This document shows, piece by piece, positions 26,501 through 38,500 of a DNA stretch of 64,000 bases. This DNA comes from Antedon mediterranea (Eukaryota; Animalia; Echinodermata). Every line of letters starts with the position of its first letter. The stretch's first letter is position 1. The stretch is from the NCBI RefSeq assembly GCF_964355755.1, contig NC_092673.1, positions 34,097,648 through 34,161,647 on the forward strand, written 5' to 3'. A program made the translations under genes and the position numbers. The notes under the pieces were generated by a model, which searched no databases, had not been told where the DNA came from, and worked only from the letters and a program-made list of their open reading frames with translations.

Positions 26501-29500
26501 ACAAATAAAGGGAAATGTTGCTGGAGGAGGACACCAATACCCCTCCTTCCCATGTCTATAATGTTCTCTGTCCCTCCCTGTTCTCTGTCCTCTCCCGTTC
26601 TCTATTCGTTCTCCCGTTCTCTATCTCGCCCCTCATGTTCTCTGTCCGTCCCATGTTCTATGCCTCTAATGTTCTCTATCCCTTCGCCTGTTTTCTATCC
26701 CTTCTCCAGTTCTCTTTTCCTCCCCCTGTTCTCTCTGGAATATTCAACAAAAACTTTTAGAAGTTTAGTGGCGGCTATGTTTCGTGCGTTTTATTTAGTT
26801 CACGTCTGATAATAACACTCCGTCCGCCCATGAGATAAATTTTCTACAAACACTACGCTACGGGTAGATCTAGTTATATCTTAATTATTATTATCTTTTA
26901 ATTAATCAATTAAGTTACAACATTCTATCATTAGGACGTCAAGAATGTAGATTCTGTAACTCAATTGAATACAATTTTGTAAAGGGTATGCCGAATATTT
27001 CACCAGGTATGAACGGACAAATATTGGATAGGGAACAGGCGAAATGAAGATCATAGGTGTAGCTGGGAGACGTTTCGTACCAAAGAAAAATATTGTAGGG
27101 ACTCAATACATTCACGTTGATGTGTTAGCTTCGTATACTTTGCAGAATAGAACCCCTCTATTAAGAGGACGCCTTCGGAACCCCAAACAAGTGTCAAAAC
27201 ACAACATTGCCCCTCGTTTATTTTTTTATCTATAAACTGATAGCGGTGATGTTGTTACAAAATGCTATGCTACCTGGAATTCTCTTAATATTAAATAAGT
27301 TGTTTACTTAATTTGAAAATGGAAGAGGGCTAAGAAGTAACGCTGAAGTTGCCTAGTAGCGAGAACACACAACAAATTTACTTTGAAAATTTTACAGAAA
27401 AAAACACACAAATGTTAAGGCCTTAAGAAACCTATTTTTTCACTAGAGGCGAATATATTCGCGCGAATCGAACATTTCTAAAATTCTTATTTGTTGCGTA
27501 TTTTTTTAGTATTTTTTCAGGTCACACAAAAAGTAGATGAAAATATAAATACGCATGCGCATTAGTCAACACTTAAACAAATAAATTCGTCTAGTGGAAA
27601 AATTTACAAAGCTTTACAAAACCGAAATCGAACAAAACATGGTATACCTAATTCTTTAACTTGATAGTTTGTATCTCGTTGAGATTGACGCATAATGTAG
27701 AACTCGATCAAGACCCTGATTTATAAGACACAATATTTACAGTCAAGAACTTGGTGACGTATATGTCATAAATTTCGAAATATCTAACGTGTTTCTTGTC
27801 TTGAAATATTACTTTTCATTTAATAAATACATCTAAAGTGTTGGAATGATTAACGATTTAACTGTGTAATAATAAATTATTCAATCGCCCATTGTTAATT
27901 AGTTCCGATATAGATATGTATTTACAACAGAATAGTAAAAGTATCATAACATAGTGCACAGTTATGAACAAAATGTGCTTTAAAGTTTACGCGCTAGATG
28001 GAAATGGCAGTTCCATGTTTAAAAACCTTATTTCTTTTGTAAAAATTAGTAATGTTTTATATTAAATATAGACATTTTCTATTTTAAAAAATGTTACAGT
28101 GTACCTTTAAACATAATGTTTTGGATTATATTTACAGTCTTTAGCATGTTTTTTTTTATAACGGTTAATGAACATCCGGGTTCGTCCGAATTGTTGCAAT
28201 AACTCAATACCGAATGGAACCACATGGAAGGCATTGTAAATGTGCTTATTTGTTTTTAGATGACTGCCATCTCAGAGAGACATTGAAATAGCCTAGTACA
28301 ATTTATGTTGTCGCGATAAAAAAAATACTGCACAACCCACAGAGGTGGTATTAAGACTACGGTTATAAGATCTTTGGCACAAACAGTTCATTTAGTACAT
28401 TTTGTGTTGTCGCGATATACACGTGTGAACCTCGGGCCCCGCAGGGATCTGATTTACAGTACGTTAGAATACTTGATTAAAAATACTGCACAAACCAAGG
28501 AGGTTAAGCCTTCGACAATATAAGATATTAGGAACAAACAGTTCAATAGCACGTTTAAAAAACGTACAAGAAGTTGCATTAATAAACCGCAATCCTATTT
28601 TACGCAAAGGTGAAAACGTGTAAAATATGAAACGGTGCAAATGGTCTTCGATATATGTACATCGAGCCATGACCAAGCTATTAAATCACCAGCGATCTTT
28701 AATGAGAGTGGAAATAGTTGCTATTTGACTAATGCAATTAAAATGCTACGCCTTGTAATGTCCAATTCAACTGTAATCAATTTCTCAATGTCTCTCGCTG
28801 ACTTTGACAAGCAACTACGTAACATATACTGTATATCAATGGGCATTAAATATGTATTAATTGTAGTAATGCTGTTAAATGCCTATGTGTGCATTAAAAG
28901 AAAGAAAGTGCGGTTGCAGTGGTACTATAACCTGTCCAGTTCGCTTGAATTTATGTTTACAAAGTGCCAAGAGTGCAACGACGTCAAGATATGCGATATA
29001 GAAAGTTTTATTTTTTAACGATATACTTTTTTAGGATCCTTTTTTTTAACTTGAGTTTTAGGGCATAATAATAATAAATAACTATAGGCCTATGGATACC
29101 TTTGCGCCGACCAGTATATTTCTCAATTCCGATTTGGATATTATAGAATTTAAGAAAAACATAACGACAAACATTTATCTAAAGGTCCAGCAGATGCGGT
29201 TTCGTTCTTAGAATGGATGATGTTTAAATAAACAAGAGTATGTTTTATATCTATTAATTTTAAAGAATGAGATTACACGAGTTGAACAACATACCTTAGA
29301 CATTCAAAGTCTTAATAAAAATGTCATCATGTTAATTGAATTCTTTTCAGGTCTACAGTCTATTTATATAGACAGGTATATTTTAGGAAGAGTGTACTAT
29401 TTTTTTTTTAAAGAAGGGTATGGAAACTACGTAACGAAGAGAGCAAAGCAAAACGCAAGGACGTAATAATAAGCGCAACGCAGCCAATCACAAGCGATGA

Positions 29501-32500
29501 ATTATTCGAATCGCCACTTGTCATTGGTCAGATCACTTGCGTTGCGCTTACAGTACGTCCTAGTGGAAACCAAGCTTTAAGAGGAATAGTTAAGGGATTC
29601 GTTATATTCGTATAGCAATTTGCGTAAAAAAAGAAAAAAAAAAAAAAAAAAAAAAATAGGGATGAATATCTGTTTCTGCAAACACAAAAATTTCTGTTGT
29701 GATAGCTTCTACAAATATCCCAATTTGTAATTACAACGCATATGCCGGCATTGATCATGCGCAGATGTTTGTTATTCTCCACTTCTTCATACTTGTTACC
29801 ATGGAAAAACTTGATTCCTCTATGTTGGTACCATGTTGAAAAGTTCCATATATGGAATTTCACCTAAAAATGTCGTAAATGTTTAATTTGTGATAGAAAT
29901 GTGATTGGCATCATTTATTGTATTTAGGCCTATTTCATTCGGTTGTTTACAACTATTATTTAATCTGTGCGACTTAATGCTTAAATATAAATTCTTGCTT
30001 CTGGTGAATTTACCTCGTAAAATATATTTACAATCAGTTTGTGTTGATATTGAAATTGGTTGGTGTAAACGGCACACTTTAGTTCCCTTAGGAATTCTAA
30101 AAATGATCCAAGTCTAAACACATATCGGAAGTCACGTAAAACATTCTTTCTTCAGCTAATCTGTACAAAGTCCTACCTATTCTAAAAGTGAGTTCTTCAA
30201 AGAACTTTATGTCTTTATTTTTTTCTCGTTTTTGACGCACACATCACTTTTATTTAGATTAATATCATCGTAGTCATGTCATCATCATAATGTGTAGGCT
30301 TAATTCAAGTAAAAATGTTTTAGTCTCAAAGATTATAGACAATGTCTTATTTAAGTCAAAGATGCCAGGTAGAATGCTATCCTGAGATGAATTGTAGTAA
30401 TTAGTACTTTTTTTTTTTTTTATTTATTATTAATTTATACAAAATTTTAATTCGTATGGACCAGAGATTCCGAAATAAAAGATTGAATGAATGAATGAAA
30501 ATCTTCATATTATTTTCATTATCAGTAATTACCACATTTTTGTTATTTTCTATTTTTTTTATCATTAAAATTTATCAACTTCATCAGTGGTAGGCTTAGG
30601 CCTATAACAATATTACATTTTTATAAATTCACTTTATATTCCATGTTACCTCTTTTTTCTTGTAGTTTTCTATACTACACTTGCAAAAGGAGATTAACAA
30701 TCAAAACAAAAGTTCCAACTGCATCGTTAACTTTCTCTTTCCAAGCATCGTTATAAGATATATAATGTCTTTATGATTATCATTAATAAATATTAATTTA
30801 AACATATTTTAAACGGAAGTAACGATTTGTGAGATTTTTATTTTCATTTTTTCATTGTAGAACGCTTATTATACAATTTATATGTACAAGATAAAACATA
30901 TACAAATCATAACAAAGCAGTACCGGTAACTCGTATCACAGTAAAAAAAATTTTCTGAACTTTATTTATTTACCATCTTACCAGTCTTATATATTATGTT
31001 GAAATGAAATGTAAAAGCCGCGTTCACACAATTGAGTTAAGCGTAGAACAATCATATCCGAGTTGCAATGATGATCGTAAGTGCTCGTTTTAATTGAGAA
31101 TTTAATTACTCCTGTCGTTAACTCCAAGAATCTCCGATGTACTTCCAATATATCTCTGGTAGTAAAGTAAAAGTATATTACTAAATATTACTAATATTAT
31201 ATTACTACTAATAAATATGATTTTCATTTCGTGTGGTCAACTATGGCCAGTGTTCTGTTATTATCGATAACCGCTCAGACACTCGACCCGTCCTATTTAT
31301 ATTTCATTAATTTCAGGTCAGTCTCTGGTCACTAAGGTTCAATTTGTGTTGTCATAACTTCACAGCTACGAATCGGACAAGAAACCTTGTCTGACACTTA
31401 TAATTTCATAATTATTGACCTGATGGACTAAATGATTGTATGAATACTATGTTTGATTGCTCCTTGATGGACCACGTGACAGAAGACAAATTCAAAGACG
31501 AATTGCAAACATACGTATGAAACCATTTCTCATGAGAGAAATTGAATACATAATCTTCAGATTACAATCAATGTTAACAGCCCTTTCACACGTAATGAGT
31601 ATTCGGCAAACCAACTGTTTGGCTGAATTGGTACCAATCTTGAAGACCCTTTTCCATTTTAACCTCCATGTTTCATCGCTTCCAGTTAAACGGGAAGTGT
31701 TGTCCACATTATTAATTCGTTACGTATATCATTTTCCTCCAGGTTTCGTCGCTTCCAGTGAACACAAACGACTACGGGAAGTGTTGTTCACGGATTACGA
31801 CGTGTCTGTAAGGCCCGTTATTAATTCATCTGACCCTACAGTTATTGATCTACAATTTTTCGTCGCTCAGGTGCTAGACGTGGTAAGTATATCAGCTAGT
31901 AAATCAATGTGACATAGTTTGGCACATTTTGCGTGTCATAAGATATTTCACTTCTTTCTGTAAAAATTTAGTTCAAGAAAATACTTTTGACAAACGGTGC
32001 AATGAGCCTTTATTTTGTATTACTTTAATCAAATAATCATTAAAAATTTTTATTTATCTTAATTATTAATTTTATACAATTCACTAATCTTCTTCAGTTT
32101 TTCAGGATTAGGCCTATTTTAAGGAAAAATATCAAATGTCATAATTTTAACGTATATTTTTTCTCCCCTTTATGCCCGATTACTGTATGCATTTACGCCA
32201 TTAATTAATCACGCATAACAGATTGTAACTAGCGCCATCACAGTATAAAAACATACATACTCATCTACCCGTACTCGCAATGCACGGTGTGTATCATTCT
32301 TGCTATGCAGCTATACATTTATGCATTACGTCATACTATAAATAAATCTCGCATTTAAACGGAGGGTAACTAGTAATAATAGCATAATAATAAATATTTA
32401 TGAGTCGAATGAGGACAATATTTCGACGCGCTTGAATACAGTGATTGTTATTCGTTGCTGCTGCATTGCATTTGACTTCAATGTCGCATGTTTTCTTAGA

Positions 32501-35500
32501 CACTTTTATATCACCATACGTGGATTAGGAAATTCTCATTTCGAGCATAGTTAGGCCTATTTGAGCTCACCCGTTAAATTCACGTGACCTACCCTTATAT
32601 TGACCTTTTCGCGAGCTTTTAAATAACCGCAGTTAAGGTAATCCTTCAAAATAGAGACGAGAAAGTAGGCTTTAAACAGAATAAACCTTTACGTGGTTTT
32701 TCGTTTATTTTTATAATTTCTATTTATGCTTTGATAAAATATTACACGACAATATTACACTGCAAAAACAGTGTGGAGCTTTTAAACACGTATAGTGTTT
32801 AGTGTGTTTAAAACCTAAATGTGTTTATAGCTATAATGTTGTTTTACTCCACTCGTTAAGCAGTCAACAATAATAGCTAAATCTGTGGAAAAGATGGGTA
32901 CAAAATACATGTTTAAGATCTAAACACTATTTTAACAGTGTATTTTTACTATTATATAATTACCTCTTTGTTTCTCCCTTGTTTGAATCCTGCCGAAACA
33001 ATGTTTTTCCCTCACTTACTTATTCGACTAATGTTTTTTGTAATTTTGGCATTAGGGCACTCTAATGTCAACACCTCTTTAGAATTACACGTGAAATTAC
33101 AAGAATTAGCCCAATATTGACCCCTTTGCCACACGGTAATCCCCTATTATGATAATCATTAATATAGACAAACAGTAATCTCAGCAACACTTGCGTTTAG
33201 ATCTACTGGCGTCGACTTACGAATATCATCCCAATATGACCTTTTCAACACATTAATAGCCACCGTTTTTTTATACCTAATCCAGAAACTATTATGATAA
33301 AAGAACTAAATGCAATGGTTCCATGTTTCTTAAATCTAATATTTTGTATAAGCAAAGCTACATGACTGTTCTTTAATATGATGTAATCCAAAGGTATCCC
33401 CCAAAACAAACATTACGTGGCCCAGATGATCCTAAATATATTCTAAAAATTAGGCCTAGAGAGACAAAAGCGTTGATTTTTATATTATTTTTAAAAGGAA
33501 AATAATCTCAAACAATTTTAGTTACTCAATTGTGACCGCGTTTCATGTTACCAATCGGTGAAACGTGTGACAATATGGACAACATTGTCAATAATTAATT
33601 GATTAATTTACACAACCGATGAGTTGTACCTGATTTGATTGACTAATAAGTTGTGTGAACGAGTCAAACTAGGCGTGTGACAGCCATATACCGCCGTGTA
33701 CGCTAATATAACTGGGAAGAAATCGTAAGAGGGAACCTGGGCTACGAATAGCTGATTATTTTACCGAATCTACCATTTTTCTAGTAGCATTTATAGGCGA
33801 AGAATTGTTATTCTATGACAGATGTATACGTTACCCTCCTTTAAAAATAATGTTGAAACACATACTGCATGACGCTTTATCATGGAAGGTAATGCCATAT
33901 CTGTAGACACTATGGAGTCGGGTTATCCATAAGATTATTAACCCCGCCCCCTCTACACCACCAGCTTCTTTTCCAACCCAACCTCTACCCTATCCAGCCT
34001 CTTATCTAACCCAACCTCTGTCCCCACCCAGCCTCTTCTCCAACCCAAAATCTACCCTCACCCAACCCATCCGGTCCACCCAACCTCTACGCCCAGTCAA
34101 CCTCTTCCCCAACCGTTATCGACCTTAGAAAGCGTTTCTTTGCGACCGTGTTTACATCCGAAAAATTAATGACAACACGGTCTTTTCGTTTATTTACATT
34201 CATTTATTGACAACTTTTCCCGGATTAATCTCGTTATTTCTTTCTTAGAAGAGAAGATTATATATATATATATTTAAAAAATCTAATATGATGCCCTTAC
34301 GTAAATGTATATATAGATTCGTTTTTATTGATAATAATGAGTCTACTAACGCATTTCTGTACTGTTCGATCCGACCTAATTTTCTTTGCAAACTCGATAG
34401 GGAGATTTACGATACAAAGATTGTGGTAAGTTTATCCTGCAAATCAGCCGATCACAAACAATCATAAAACTCATTTAATGCGGCTTTGATTGGACATTTT
34501 TCACTTGCTTATTTTTAAAGTACATTCATTACATTCATAATGTTTATACAGGTGATCTGTAAATACTGACGGGAAACATTAAGAGTGCAACGTATTGTAC
34601 TTTGATTATTGCAGTGTAACATTCGGTATTGGCGGCATAAAGTGTCAACTTATAGTCTGCCGTTAAATCCGTGACCTGAATAATAATTCCAGTTGATATT
34701 GAACGGTCTAATTATGATTTTAGCTCCAGCTAAACAGACGACGAAATAAGGCTTGAAATTCCTGTGCGCAGATGTTCCAGATCTTATGAAAAGTACGAGG
34801 GCCCACACGTGTCGTCATGACATTTCATACCCAAGAGCACTTATCGGGATTACATATCGCCAGCTGATTTGCTATCTCTAACACGATCTTGTAATTTTTT
34901 ACGTGTACTATCGCTCGTTATAAATTTCTCCTAAACCGTTCTTTAACAAAATATTTGAGATGTGCATGTCTTGTGTAAATAAACAATATTATACGCAATG
35001 GCGTAGATAATTAAATATCTATTAAAACGCCGATAGACACATGGCTGGCTGAGGCCCTCCCCACATCATATAATTTATATACCGTAATATAAACAAAACA
35101 TTAAAGATGTATTGTCCCCCCTGAAAAATAATTTTATATATTTGTTTTTAATATGTTATTTTAATGTAACATAATAGTTATCCACTTTGACTAAAAAGTG
35201 GATCTAAAAAAATGTATTTACCTGAAAAAACTGTAATTTTAAGCCCAAAATGGTCAAATTGCCAGCCAATGGATTATATTGTTTTTTTATAAGTGAAACA
35301 TTATTGTTTCTGGTTTTTTTTCTACGGAAGTGAAGCTTTTTTAAAACTTCAAAATAACCTATTCAAAGTAGTAATGTTTACATTGCAACTATTGTGTTAC
35401 TTTGCAGGATGAACGACGAGAAACATTTAAGATAAACGCATGGCTAACTATGGTAAGTTTCAGAATGTTAAGATACCTGAAATATTACCTAGACATACAC

Positions 35501-38500
35501 TCGTCATCATTTTTATTTACCCGTTTACACCACCTAACAAAACGCGTTTTAAACATACCGGAGCAGACAGGGCAAACTCCAGAGTTTTTCTATAGGCGAT
35601 GTAATGTGTGGAAGTGTTATACCTAACTCTAATCTGAGCGAAGTTTATCAATCTAATTTTCGGATTGGGCATTTGTTCTGACAATTGCAATTTCTATCTC
35701 TCATAAGACAATATCATACGTAAAATGTTAGAAATTGTATTCAAGGAGCCCTCCTTTAAGTGAACACAAACAATGAACATGTTCATGCCGGTAATACAAT
35801 AGACTCCCCGTAGCCATGACAATTTGTAACTCTGTAACTATTTTACTTGGTTAAAATTAGGGCTTTTTAAACATGTTAATGTCTGTATATGTTTATTATT
35901 GCTATTCACAGCGATGGATTGACGAATACCTTCGTTGGGATCCAGAAGATTACAATGGTGTATTTAATTTCAAAACCTCAAATGAAAAAGTATGGATGCC
36001 AGATTTGTGGCTGTACAATAAGTGAGTATCGACGTACATGCGCACTAATTTCCATTCGAATAGTTTTTGAATATTTCGATATAATTTGTTTCGGTAACAA
36101 TATTCAAAATCTGTCTACATAGGAACACGTTTTGTACATACCGTGCGCGTTCAAACTCTGATGAAAATGGTACACGTTCAGTACGCACTCGATCAAATGC
36201 TGATTATATAGTGTTTTGTACGCGCGCGTTCAAATGCTGATATAATGGTACATTGTACGCCCGCGTTAAAATATTGATTAAATGAACATGTTTTGTACGC
36301 GCGCGTTCATATATTGCTTAAATGATACACGTTTTGTACTCGCGCGTTCACATGCTGATAAAACTAGTACACGTTTGTGTCTCTTCGTAGGGTACTGATA
36401 ATTGATAATTAAGTGCGTTGAAGCCAAAAATATCATTATTTTGGCCATAATTTGCTTTGATTGTCATAATATTTCTACAAAAATCTCTTCAATCTCAGCA
36501 TTATAAAGGCTATTTCTTCTTTAATAAGATGACAATTCGGATATTAGATGATATGTAACTAAACAGGATTTTATTGTAGATACGCTTTTCGTATACTGCA
36601 TATATAATACATAATGTGTCAATAATATTGTTCGTATAGAAACATTATACTTTCAAAGAACAAAGAAACTATGAAACATAACTCATTCTAGGTTTTATGG
36701 TGAAATTCTATCGGAAAAAATGTTATAGTATTGGTGACATAATTTGCCATTATTTTATGCATAATATGTATTTTTTAATATTATGATGTTGTCTTTCGAT
36801 TTAATTATCATATAATTATTATTTATCATTTCATAATTGTAAAGAAATCCTAAACTTTAGTAGTATTGCTAAAATAAACGGCAAACGAAAAGAAAATACC
36901 TGAAAAAGATTCGAACCTGAAATTAATATATTTTTACTTTTGTTATCATTTATTTTTTTATAAATATGTATCATTATTGATGTCTTTATTCCGATCTCTT
37001 ATCACATTAATTTTTTTTATTTATGCTATGATAATAATAATTATTATCATTATAGTAGGCCTATTGTCTTTATGTTCGTCCCTTATGTAATATATAATTT
37101 TACGCATGATTGATTCTAATTTTAAACAACTAAATTAAGACTGCAATGCGTACCATTTTATAGAATGCAATTACTATTATATATCTAATTATCAAGACGA
37201 CGTGCAAGTTAAAATAAATCAGGCAGAAAAAAATGACTGTATTAATATGGTAAAGAAAATGTAAAATTATGTCACCTTATTATTTTTTAAGCCGAATCTA
37301 TTAAAGAACTAATGTACACGCACCTCCTCCTACCCATCAACAAACTTCCACCATCTCCTCCGAAACACAAAAACACAAATGTATCGTAAATAGAATAAAT
37401 TAGTCTACTGTTATAGGTTCTAAACTGTGTTTCGAATTAAAATTAGTAACAACAAATATTTTGGTCCATGGTGTTTCATACGTAATAATACAATATGTGC
37501 TATAGCATACAATCACAAATATCGAAACTGCGACTCGTGGACTAAAGCTCTGTCAACACTATCAAACTTTATCTGACATGTGCCCATATATGGACATTAT
37601 GATATCATATCACTACCATATTTGGGCACATCACACTTTTTTGTCAAACTAGTTTGATAATGTAGACAGAGCTTAAGCATTAAAAAAAAGACAATAAACA
37701 GTGACTTGGGGCAAGTCTAAGTCGGGCGTCCATGGTTTAAACATCGTGCCAATGTTTACCATAATAATAATTACAATATTTCTAGGCCTAGTATAAATTT
37801 GTAGTGCTGTGATATATCTTACTAGTGCTTCATATAGCTATTTTAGGCTATTAACTACATCAAGCTATACTACATCAAGCTATACTACATCAAGCTATAC
37901 TACATCAAGCTATACTACATCAAGCTATACTACATCAAGCTATACTACATAGTAGTATCAGATACTGATATCGTGTATTGGTTTCCAACATTTAACATTT
38001 CGTATAAATTCTCTTAGCTTGTAATATTATGTTACTCATGTTTTTCAGTGCTGGAAGTAGATATGAACATTACTACACAAATTCAATATGTAGCATCTAT
38101 AATACTGGTCGCGTGGTGTGGCAATCGCCTGCAATTATTACTACACATTGTACTATGGATGTTACGCATTTCCCGTTTGATAAACAGACGTGCAGGGTGA
38201 AATTTGGACCATGGCAACACGGAGCTAATGAGATATCGTTGAACGGAACAGGTAAGCACCTCCAACCATACAGTTCAAATACGCATGCGCAAAAACTAGT
38301 CTCTAGAACATGAATAAATGTTGCCTATTCTACAATATAAGGTAGAATAATATTAATAATAATAATAATTATAATATTCAAAACATACAGAGAGAAAGTC
38401 ACAAAGTTTAAATAAATATATGTAAAAGGTAAAAGAAAAGCAAAACCAAATTACGAGAATCTTAGATTGTCATATTCTCGTGTTATGTGTTAGTGCGCCC

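Noticed and set aside
28635-29018. 127-aa ORF
   Set aside because: No recognisable domain, non-ATG start, and it lies in the probable first intron of the receptor gene.
31457-31742. N-terminal extension of ORF 31457-31912
   Set aside because: Intron read-through; homology begins at the acceptor at 31743.
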